Assembly (NCBI GenBank): GCA_013361015.1
Contig: JABWAN010000001.1
Location: 1 to 24,153 of the forward strand
DNA length: 24,153 bases
Direction of reading: 5' to 3'
Source: Candidatus Zhuqueibacterota bacterium
Lineage (GTDB): Bacteria > Zhuqueibacterota > Zhuqueibacteria > Zhuqueibacterales > Zhuqueibacteraceae
In this document: piece by piece, positions 8,619-16,620 of the stretch
How positions within the stretch are numbered: position 1 is the stretch's first letter
Layout: the number at the start of each line of letters is the position of its first letter
Position numbers and translations under genes: made by a program
Notes under the pieces: model-generated
What the model was told of the DNA's origin: nothing
Database searches by the model: none
What the model saw: the letters and a program-made list of their open reading frames with translations, nothing else

Positions 8619-10646
8619 TCACAACCACCTCGCTGCCAACAACAACAGCACGAGAATCACCGTCACATACACGAGATATGCATGCACCGAGCCGGATTGC
8701 AAGCGCCGCACTTTGTGCGCAAGTAGGCGCACCCGCGCGAGCAACGGCCTATACAAAACTTTTTCGAACCACGGCGTGATCTCACTCTTGTACTCGATGG
8801 ATTGCACGAAGTATTTCGACTCGGGATGAAAGTCAATCGTGAGCTCTTTGGTCGGACGATACAACTCGGCGAAGACGCGGCGCAGTGGCTCGGCGAAGGC
8901 AGTGGCAGTGTATTCCATGCGCGGAGATTGGCCGATGCGGCCGCAGCCCCACGAGTCGCTCACGCGCGCTTTACGATTGCTGCGCAGCAGCCACAGCAAC
9001 AACGGCACGAGACCGAGCAAGAGCACCAATCCAAGCGCCATGAGCGCCGGTGAGACTTGTCCGAAATTTTCCGGCGTTTGCAGCGACAAGCCGAGCGTGA
9101 AAGCCGCGCGCGTATCCGGCAAGCGGTCAAGGCCCGCGAGAATGGCGCTCAATTGCGGCACGACCACGAACGGCGCCAATCCCAACGCAAGGCACGCGAG
9201 CGCCAATATTCCCATGCCTGCGCGCATCGAAAGCGGCGCCTCGTGCGCGTGCGCCGCTTCGTGCGAGCGCGGAATGGCGAGAAAAGTGATGCCGAAAGCT
9301 TTCACGAAGCAGGCCACCGCGAGGCCGCTGGTGAGCGCGAGCATCCCGACGGCGAGCGGCATGCCCACCGCGATTTCGGGTTTGGGAATGTGAAATCCGC
9401 CGAGCAGCGCTTGAAACACGATCCACTCCGAAGCGAAACCATTGAGCGGCGGCAGCGCAGAGATCGCGGCTGCGCCGATTAAAAAGAAGAAACCGGTCCA
9501 GGGCATGCGTTTGATCAAGCCGCCCATTTCTTCCATGTTGCGTGTGTGCGTGGCGTGCAGCACCGCACCCGCGCCGAGAAAAAGCAACCCTTTGAACGCG
9601 GCGTGATTGATCGTGTGATACAAACCGCCGATGAAACCGAGCGCGGCGAGCGTCATCAAACCGTAGCTTTGAAACATCATGCCCGCGCCGAAGCCGATCA
9701 AAATAATGCCGATGTTTTCCACGGAATGATACGCGAGCAGACGTTTGAGATCGTGCTCCATCAACGCATACAAAACGCCGAGCAGGGCCGACACCGAGCC
9801 GACGGCGAGCACGGTGATGCCCCACCAAACCGGCCCGGACCCGAGCAGATCGATCAGCACGCGCGCGAGGCCGTAAATCCCCATCTTGATCACGACACCG
9901 GACATCAGCGCCGAAACATGGCTGGGCGCAACCGGATGCGCCATCGGCAGCCACACGTGCAGCGGCACAATGCCGGCTTTGGAACCGAAGCCGAAGAGCG
10001 CGAGCATGAAAGCAGCATTGCGCACCATCGGCGACAGTGTGGCAGCGCCGGAACGCATGGCTGTGAACGACGCCGTCACCTCGCCGTTGGAAAGCAACAA
10101 GAACATGGCGAGCAGTGCGGCGAAACCGGCGTGCGTCATGGCAATGTACCAAATGCCCGCGCGCACGGCGCCGGCTTGATCATGCTCGGTGAGCACCATG
10201 AAGTACGCGGAAAGCGACATGGCTTCCCACGCAATCAAAAACGTGAGCGCGTTATCGGCCAGCACTTGAAGGCAAAGCGCGAGCAACAGCACATTGAACA
10301 TCGCGCCGAGCATGCGAAGCGAGTAGCGGCCTTCATAAGAGGCGGAATAACCGTAGCCATAAATTGCAGCCGCCGCGCCGAGCAATCCAATGACGATGAG
10401 AAAGAACGCACCGAGTCCGTCGAGGCGCAAAGCCACGCCGGTGAGCGGAAGAACCTCGCCCGCGGCAAATCCCAATGTCGCATTGGTGAGAATGGCGGCA
10501 ACGCCGAGCAGCAACGCTGCTAGTGAGCCGATCGTTGCGCCGAGTGCAACCAACGCGCGTCCCATTGCGCCGCGCATTCCGAGCAGCGCCATTACTGCGC
10601 CGAATCCATAGGCCGCGAGCATTATGAAAAAATAGAGGCGCATCAT
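8619..10646 (-). CDS. hyfB: HyfB-like antiporter-like membrane subunit, copy 2 (EhrA-2)
   Basis: FLIAWEAMS, GSKAGIVPLHVWLPMAHP, DLKRLLAYHSVENIG, PPLNGFASEW, WGCG and LQSGSVHAYL; 675 aa. Confidence 0.93.
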   Translation of the reverse strand: MMRLYFFIMLAAYGFGAVMALLGMRGAMGRALVALGATIGSLAALLLGVAAILTNATLGFAAGEVLPLTGVALRLDGLGAFFLIVIGLLGAAAAIYGYGYSASYEGRYSLRMLGAMFNVLLLALCLQVLADNALTFLIAWEAMSLSAYFMVLTEHDQAGAVRAGIWYIAMTHAGFAALLAMFLLLSNGEVTASFTAMRSGAATLSPMVRNAAFMLALFGFGSKAGIVPLHVWLPMAHPVAPSHVSALMSGVVIKMGIYGLARVLIDLLGSGPVWWGITVLAVGSVSALLGVLYALMEHDLKRLLAYHSVENIGIILIGFGAGMMFQSYGLMTLAALGFIGGLYHTINHAAFKGLLFLGAGAVLHATHTRNMEEMGGLIKRMPWTGFFFLIGAAAISALPPLNGFASEWIVFQALLGGFHIPKPEIAVGMPLAVGMLALTSGLAVACFVKAFGITFLAIPRSHEAAHAHEAPLSMRAGMGILALACLALGLAPFVVVPQLSAILAGLDRLPDTRAAFTLGLSLQTPENFGQVSPALMALGLVLLLGLVPLLLWLLRSNRKARVSDSWGCGRIGQSPRMEYTATAFAEPLRRVFAELYRPTKELTIDFHPESKYFVQSIEYKSEITPWFEKVLYRPLLARVRLLAHKVRRLQSGSVHAYLVYVTVILVLLLLAARWL

Positions 10647-10660
10647 AAAACTACTTCTGC

Positions 10661-10876
10661 GTTTTGATTTTCAAATTGAGTAATCGCCCCACAAAATTTG
10701 TCATTCTGGAGGAATCTTTTTAAGCCCAGGCCTCGCGGTCTAGAACTAGAAAAGTTTTATGTTGCGTCGCTGCTCCACCTGCGTTTCATCTTTGCTTGTT
10801 TACCGGACTTTTATCTCTGCGGGCTAGCTGACTTCAAAGCGATAGCATCCCGCCGCCGAGCTGAAATTTTCAAGCG
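10661..10876 (-). repeat. Unclassified ~215-bp dispersed repeat, copy B (inverted relative to copy A)
   Basis: The reverse complement aligns to 6693-6905; core identity is about 89%. Confidence 0.9.
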
Positions 10877-11038
10877 CGCCACGCTCGCTTCAATATCATT
10901 ATCATCTTTTCTAATGCTCGGCACGAAACTCTCTCAAGCCACGAGGCAAGGTTCCTGCAAAATGACATTTCGAAACGAAGTAGTGCAGTTACAAAGAGCT
11001 GCGCAAGTTACGGTGCCCCCGTAGCCCGAGCAGCTTCG

Positions 11039-13072
11039 CTACTTCCACGGCAACAGCAGCGCACAGAGCATGAACATGAGCACGATGAAAAGATAAACCA
11101 AATAGCCGTGCAGCGAGCCGGACTGCACCCGGCGCACTTGTTTGCTGACCCAGCTTATCACATTGACCAGCGGGTGATAGATGAACTCTTCAAACCATGA
11201 GCGGATTTCGGTTTTATAGTCGATCGCTTGCACGAAGTATTTCGACTCGGGATGGAAGTCGATCGTCAACTCTTTGGTCGGGCGATACAACTCCGCGAAC
11301 ACGCGGCGCAGCGGCTCGGCGAAGGCAGTGGCGGTATATTCCATGCGCGGAGTTTGGCCGATGCGACCGCAACCCCATGAGGCACTCACGCGCACACGGC
11401 GATTGAAACGCGACATTCCCAAAACAAAGGCAGTGAGGCCGAGCACAACGAGCAAAGCGAGAGCTGCGAGCGTGGGTGAAATCTGCGCGAAGTCATTCGG
11501 CGTTTGCAGCGCGAGTCCCAGCGCGAGCGTGGGCGCTTCGGCCGGAAGTCCATCCAAACCGGCAATCACTCGCCCGAGCACTGGCATGACAAGGAAGGGC
11601 AACACGCCCAGCCCGAGGCAGAGTAGCGTCGACAATGCCATGCTGAGGCGCATGGCGACCGGGCCTTCGTGGGCGTGCGCCGCTTCTGTCGAGCGCGGGA
11701 TGGCAAGAAAGGTGATGCCGAACGCTTTGACGAATCCGGCCGCGGCGAGACCGCTGGTGAGCGCGAGCATACCCACGGCGATCATCATCAACGCTGCGAC
11801 CACAGGCTGCGGCAAATTGACCCCCGGCAGCAATGATTGAAATAAAAGCCATTCGCTCACGAAACCATTGAGCGGCGGCAGCCCGGCAATCGCCACGGAT
11901 CCAACGAGAAAAAAGAGCGCGGTCCACGGCAATGGCTTGATCAATCCCCCCATGCGGTTCATATCGCGCGTGTGCGTTGCGTGCAGTACCGCGCCCGCGC
12001 CCATGAACAGCAGCCCTTTGAAAGCGGCGTGATTGAGCGCATGATAAAGCGCAGCGATGAAGGCCAGAGCCGAGGCCGCAGCCAAGCCGCGTGCGCCGAA
12101 TACAAAGCCCGCACCCACACCGATGAAGATAATACCGATGTTTTCCACGCTGGAATAAGCGAGCAAGCGTTTGAGATCGTTCTCCATCAACGCATAGAGA
12201 ATACCCACCACCGCGGAGACGGCTCCAGCGAGCAGCAATATGACGCCCCACCATGTCGGCCCGCCGCCGAGCAAATCAAGCGCGACGCGCAGCAAACCGT
12301 ACACACCTATCTTGATCATCACGCCGGACATGAGCGCGGAAACGTGGCTGGGCGCAGCGGGATGCGCGCGCGGCAGCCAAATGTGCAGCGGCACGAGGCC
12401 CGCTTTGGACCCGAAGCCAAGAAAGGCAAGCACGAAAATGAGATTGCGTATGGCCGGAGAAAGTGCGGCTGCACTCGCGCGCAAATCTCCAAACGCGCCG
12501 GAGCCGCCGTTCGCGAGCAGCAAAAATGCGGCGAGCAACATTAGCAATCCGGCATGCGTCATGGCCGCATACCACAAGCCCGCACGCACGGCACTCGCCT
12601 CGCGACCTTCCGTGATCACGAGAAAATAGGAAGTCAGCGACATCGCTTCCCACATGAGCAGGAAAGTGAGAATGTTGTTCGCCATCGTTACCAAACTCAT
12701 CGCAAGCACAAAGAGATTGAACATCACGCCGAGCAGGCGGAGCGACGCGCGCCCGTCTTCGTAGATTGCGGAATAGCCCGCGCCATAAATCGCCGCGGGA
12801 ATGGCGCCGGCGCCGATGAGAATGAGAAAGAACGCGCCGAGTGCATCAAGTCGCAATGCAAAACCGCCCGCGAGGGGCAACAAAGCCGGAAGCGACCATT
12901 CAAATGGCGTGTTCGAAATAAGCACCGATGCGCCGAGCGCGATGCCCGCGGTTGCGCCCATGACCGCGCCGAGCGCAACCAACCCGCGTCCGAGTGCGCC
13001 GCGCCCGCTAATCAATGCGACCAACGCACCGAAACCATAGGCTGAGATGAGTAAGAGCAAGAGAATTTGCAT
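11039..13072 (-). CDS. hyfB: HyfB-like antiporter-like membrane subunit, copy 1 (EhrA-1)
   Basis: FLLMWEAMS, GSKAGLVPLHIWLPRAHP, DLKRLLAYSSVENIG, PPLNGFVSEW, WGCG and VQSGSLHGYL; 677 aa. Confidence 0.93.
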   Translation of the reverse strand: MQILLLLLISAYGFGALVALISGRGALGRGLVALGAVMGATAGIALGASVLISNTPFEWSLPALLPLAGGFALRLDALGAFFLILIGAGAIPAAIYGAGYSAIYEDGRASLRLLGVMFNLFVLAMSLVTMANNILTFLLMWEAMSLTSYFLVITEGREASAVRAGLWYAAMTHAGLLMLLAAFLLLANGGSGAFGDLRASAAALSPAIRNLIFVLAFLGFGSKAGLVPLHIWLPRAHPAAPSHVSALMSGVMIKIGVYGLLRVALDLLGGGPTWWGVILLLAGAVSAVVGILYALMENDLKRLLAYSSVENIGIIFIGVGAGFVFGARGLAAASALAFIAALYHALNHAAFKGLLFMGAGAVLHATHTRDMNRMGGLIKPLPWTALFFLVGSVAIAGLPPLNGFVSEWLLFQSLLPGVNLPQPVVAALMMIAVGMLALTSGLAAAGFVKAFGITFLAIPRSTEAAHAHEGPVAMRLSMALSTLLCLGLGVLPFLVMPVLGRVIAGLDGLPAEAPTLALGLALQTPNDFAQISPTLAALALLVVLGLTAFVLGMSRFNRRVRVSASWGCGRIGQTPRMEYTATAFAEPLRRVFAELYRPTKELTIDFHPESKYFVQAIDYKTEIRSWFEEFIYHPLVNVISWVSKQVRRVQSGSLHGYLVYLFIVLMFMLCALLLPWK

Positions 13073-13100
13073 TATCCGAAGTTTGTTTATTCGCTAAAGC

Positions 13101-13181
13101 GCTCGACCCTCGGCCTAGCCGAGGTTTTTAGCATACGATTGTGAATCGGAGGTCGGGAATGTAACGGCCAAGCCGTTGCAC
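13101..13181. repeat. Inverted pair of REP-like palindromes
   Basis: GCTCGACCCTCGGCCTAGCCGAGG (13101-13124, +) and GTGCAACGGCTTGGCCGTTAC (13181-13161, -) share the CGGC-NNN-GCCG core with the pair at 22651-22713. Confidence 0.65.
13108..13129 (+). terminator. Intrinsic-terminator-like hairpin, antisense to the ehr operon
   Basis: CCTCGGC-CTA-GCCGAGG followed by TTTTT on the + strand; no U-tract on the operon strand. Confidence 0.45.
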
Positions 13182-13189
13182 AGCATCTT

Positions 13190-13708
13190 TTACTTTTTCC
13201 GCAAACGATCCAGCGCCGCGAGAATGCCGCGCAGAATGTTCGCCGGTTCCGGCGGGCAACCGGGCACGAACACATCCACCGGCACCACTTTATCGACGCT
13301 GCCAATGACGGCATAACTGCCTTTGAACACGCCGCACGTCTGCGCGCAATCGCCGACCGCAACCACCAATTTCGGGTCGGGCGTGGCTTCGTAAGTTTTG
13401 CGCAGCGGCACTTCCATGTTGCGCGTCACCGGCCCGGTCACGAGCAGCATGTCCGCATGCCGCGGCGAGGCGACGAAATGAATGCCGAAGCGCTCCAAGT
13501 CATACACCGGGCTGGTAAGTGCGGTGATTTCGATCTCGCAGCCATTGCACGAGCCGGCATCCACTTCGCGAATCGCGAGCGCGCGCCGCAGCAGCCGCTT
13601 GCTCTTCGCATCAATCTGTTTGACGAGCTCCACGACTTCGACCTCCTCGGGCCCCAGTGGCTCGGTGACGATACCGGTTTTGAAAATCTTTTTGAATAAA
13701 GAAGGCAT
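13190..13708 (-). CDS. hyfI: HyfI/HycG/NuoB-like small Fe-S subunit (EhrS)
   Basis: DAGSCNGCEIE, ADMLLVTGP, AVGDCA and DVFVPGCPPEP provide four Cys for one [4Fe-4S] cluster. Likely start is MPSLFK at 13708, after CAGGAAAG. Confidence 0.94.
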   Translation of the reverse strand: MPSLFKKIFKTGIVTEPLGPEEVEVVELVKQIDAKSKRLLRRALAIREVDAGSCNGCEIEITALTSPVYDLERFGIHFVASPRHADMLLVTGPVTRNMEVPLRKTYEATPDPKLVVAVGDCAQTCGVFKGSYAVIGSVDKVVPVDVFVPGCPPEPANILRGILAALDRLRKK

Positions 13709-14328
13709 AACGCTTTCCTGCGAACGTTGTCGAAAAAAATTGCACCGCGACTGAACGCCAAGCAATGCTCATGTTTTTCACTAGCGTTAATGGGCGCGCA
13801 TTCACGGTTGCTGCTTGTTTGGTTGTGGCTTGTTTGCGTTCGAAGATCGTGCTCGACGAGCTGAAACCGATGTGCTCCTGTTTATCGGCAAGAGCCGCCA
13901 ATCAAAAACGGAGGGGAAGAAGGATTTTGGGAGATCTAGCCTCCCCAGTGCGAGACGATGGAAACTGCAAATTCATCGAGAGTCCTTTCTCCTGTTGCTT
14001 CGCACCACATTTTCACGAGGCGCATAAAGTGTGATAAGATTTATCGTGAGTCTCGCACGAGCCTTGCGAGGCAGTTAAACGGCGCGGAATATAAATAAAA
14101 GATCACCATCGAGCAAGCACACCGTCACATTTTTACGCAGCCATGAAGCATTCCTCCTTGCTCACGTTGCGAAGAATCATTGCGAGCATTGCAATGTCAC
14201 TCGCTGCCCCAATCACCTTACTTGAACGTGTCATCCATGCAGCTCATGACGCGGCGATATTCCGAATCCTCCTCAGGAAAAGTCTGCAAGCACGTTCACG
14301 ACAATTGCAATGCCCGCTAGTGCGTTGC

Positions 14329-14943
14329 TTAACGACGGCGTAACTGCGGCGCGGCTTTGGCAATCGCAGTTTGCAGTTCTGCGCCAATGGCCGTGGCTTT
14401 ATCCAAACAAGCTTTGGCTTTATCTCGCGCGGAGAGAAAATCGCCTTTGTTGATCAAATCGCTGGCCTCAGCCAGCGCAGTTTCCAGCGCCGTCAAATCA
14501 GTCTGCATGGCTTCGAGTGCGGCGCGGCCTTCTTTGCCCTTGGGCGCTTTCTGCAACAACTCTTTGCCGGTGGTGATGGCGGTCTGCGCTTGCGTGATCA
14601 AGTCTTGCGCTTCCTGCTGGGCCTTCTCCTTTTGCACTTTGGCGGTCTCAGCCGCGCGATTGGCCGTAGTGGTCGCAGCGATCAACAATTCCGTTGCGCG
14701 CGTATAATCACGAAACACGGCGAATTTGGATTTTTGCTCATCGATCGCGCTGAGGGCAGCGCGCAACGAGTCTTGCGCCGCGCTATATTCTGCTGCGGCA
14801 TAACGCTCCGCCTCCGCTTTGGTCGCAGCGTCGAGTGCGGCTTGCGCGGTTTGGATATCCTGTTGCGGCGCTTCGGCGCAGCCGAGAAGCAGTGCCAAAG
14901 TCAACAGCACCGCCGTGCGGCCAAAGATTTTCGATAACTTCAT
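14329..14943 (-). CDS. DUF4398-like coiled-coil lipoprotein
   Basis: Lipobox LLLGC after a positively charged N-region; Ala-rich helices (AQAALDAATKAEAERYAAAEY..AQDSL); AAGGAG RBS. Confidence 0.8.
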   Translation of the reverse strand: MKLSKIFGRTAVLLTLALLLGCAEAPQQDIQTAQAALDAATKAEAERYAAAEYSAAQDSLRAALSAIDEQKSKFAVFRDYTRATELLIAATTTANRAAETAKVQKEKAQQEAQDLITQAQTAITTGKELLQKAPKGKEGRAALEAMQTDLTALETALAEASDLINKGDFLSARDKAKACLDKATAIGAELQTAIAKAAPQLRRR

Positions 14944-15177
14944 GTCGTACTCCTTTCAAATTGTTTCATCATCCCTGCAATATCATGGTAGTGCTTCAGG
15001 TACTTGATCGCGTTGCCTTCGGCAGTGAGAAAGAGCGCAGCCTGCACCAGCATTTTTTGATGCGTCGCAGACTTGCCCATAAATTCACCCATTGTTGCAG
15101 CAATAGCGTTGAATTGATCAAAGCCATCTTCATGTTTGCCAGCCGTCCTTTTCTTGAACTTCCTCGTGCGCTTGCAG

Positions 15178-16620
15178 TCAATCCGGATTTTTTTCCATGA
15201 GCGGGAGCTTCACCTCGAAGAGACTGCCTGAGGCGGCGCCGGGCATGGCATAATCCGCAGGAACGGCCGGACTCTGCACGCGAATTTCACCGTCGTGCGC
15301 GTGCGCGATGGCGGCACAGATCGCAAGCCCCAGACCGCATCCGCCGGTTTCCCGGCTGCGCCCGGAATCAACGCGATAGAAGCGCTCGAAAATGTGTGCA
15401 CAATGTTCGGGCGGAATGCCGATCCCGGTATCGCGCACGGTGAGCACTGCGCTGCGGTCCACGCGGCGCAGCGAGATTTCCACTTTTCCTTCCGGCGTGA
15501 ATTTGATGGCATTCTCCACCAAGTTCAACAACAAGCGCCGCAATCGGCTGGCGTCACCGAGGACTGCGACCGGCTCCGGCGCCGATAGCGACAGTTGCAA
15601 TGGCCGGCCTTCTGCCAACGCCTGCGCATCTTCAAACACCTCGGTGGCCAATTCGTGCAGCGCCACGCGCTCTTTGGAGAGCACCATCTTGCCGGCGTCT
15701 GCGTGTGCGAGGAAGAGCAAACTTTCGACAATTTTGGCGGTGCGGCTAATTTCTTCCAATGCGCTGACAAGCACGCGCCGCAACTCGGTCGCACCGGCAT
15801 TGTTCGCCAGCGCCAATTCCATCTCGCCGCGCAGAATGGTCAACGGCGTGCGCAGCTCGTGTGCCGCGTCTTGCGAGAATTGCTCGATACGTGCCACACC
15901 GGATTCGAGGCGCGCGATCATTTCATTCATGGTCTCGACCAGCGCCCCGATCTCATCTTGCGCGGGATAACTCGGCAAGCGCTGGCTCAAATTCGTTGCG
16001 GTTATTTGCCGCGCGGCTTGGATCACGCGCGAAACGGGCCGCATCGAATATTTCGCCAGCAGCCACCCGCCGCCGAGCGCGACCGTCATCGCGAGCGGAA
16101 ACAACCAAGCAAACGTGCGCAAGAGTTGCCGCTGCACTTCATAAAGCGGGCGCAGCGAAACCGCCACACCAATCCAGTAGGGCGTAGCTTGCTTTTGCAG
16201 AACACGAAAATCATGGCCGCGATAGGAAACGGTCACCGGCTGTTCCAGCGGTTGATCAAAGGTAAAGAGCTGAGACAAGGAGTCAGCCGGCAACAACGAG
16301 CGATAGACCAACTTCATTTCTCGGTTGCGAATCTCCAGCACGTGCGTAGCTTTGTTGAGCATGAAGTGCTGCTCGATATTTTCACGCACTCTCGCTTCCA
16401 ATGCCGCCCCTGCGCGTCGCTTGCTGCGCGCTGAACCTTTATCGGTTTCCGAGAGAAAGATTTCCGTCCACCGCAGCTCGTCACGCAACTCCTCATCGAA
16501 TTGTTTGAGCAACGCGCGGCTGCGCAACACTTGCGCCGCACCTGCAAAAGCCAGCACGGTGAAAGTAAACAGCGCGGTGTACCAAAGGGTCAACTTCGCG
16601 CGCAGGGAAATGGCTTTCAT
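15178..16620 (-). CDS. Membrane sensor histidine kinase (HAMP-HisKA-HATPase), heavy-metal-sensor (CusS/CzcS)-like
   Basis: Two TM helices, HAMP, H-box AAHELRTPL, N-box NLVENAIKF, and G1/F/G2 boxes DTGIGI, IFERFYR and GLGLAI; overlaps the regulator stop. Confidence 0.93.
   Translation of the reverse strand: MKAISLRAKLTLWYTALFTFTVLAFAGAAQVLRSRALLKQFDEELRDELRWTEIFLSETDKGSARSKRRAGAALEARVRENIEQHFMLNKATHVLEIRNREMKLVYRSLLPADSLSQLFTFDQPLEQPVTVSYRGHDFRVLQKQATPYWIGVAVSLRPLYEVQRQLLRTFAWLFPLAMTVALGGGWLLAKYSMRPVSRVIQAARQITATNLSQRLPSYPAQDEIGALVETMNEMIARLESGVARIEQFSQDAAHELRTPLTILRGEMELALANNAGATELRRVLVSALEEISRTAKIVESLLFLAHADAGKMVLSKERVALHELATEVFEDAQALAEGRPLQLSLSAPEPVAVLGDASRLRRLLLNLVENAIKFTPEGKVEISLRRVDRSAVLTVRDTGIGIPPEHCAHIFERFYRVDSGRSRETGGCGLGLAICAAIAHAHDGEIRVQSPAVPADYAMPGAASGSLFEVKLPLMEKNPD

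Noticed and set aside
6693-10876. Composite transposon or MITE call for the inverted repeats
   Set aside because: No transposase, no terminal inverted repeats within the unit and no target-site duplication seen; kept as an unclassified repeat.
10698-11024. 108-aa + strand ORF between the hyfB genes
   Set aside because: It runs through repeat copy B. Differences from copy A in this frame are mostly non-synonymous (about 2 of 11 changed codons are synonymous), there is no RBS, and it is antisense to the operon.
4442-13045. Long antisense or alternative-frame ORFs (e.g. 4868-5896, 9127-10152, 9546-10523, 11493-12254)
   Set aside because: Shadow frames of GC-rich membrane-protein genes; Arg/Ala-rich with no motifs.
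2561-13708. Calling the operon a functional NiFe hydrogenase-4 or formate hydrogenlyase
   Set aside because: All four NiFe cysteines are missing, and there are no ferredoxin, formate dehydrogenase or maturation genes in the window.
14143-14343. 66-aa + strand ORF in the ehr upstream region
   Set aside because: No RBS or homologous motif, and it overlaps the lipoprotein 3' end convergently.
14940-15092. 50-aa minus-strand ORF whose TGA overlaps the lipoprotein ATG
   Set aside because: No RBS and no recognisable motif; the lipoprotein has its own AAGGAG, so the overlap may be chance.
13709-15177. FNR, CRP, Rex, Fur or CusR boxes upstream of the lipoprotein and ehr genes
   Set aside because: Only half-site or wrongly spaced matches (e.g. 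TTGAATTGATCAA is one base short for FNR).
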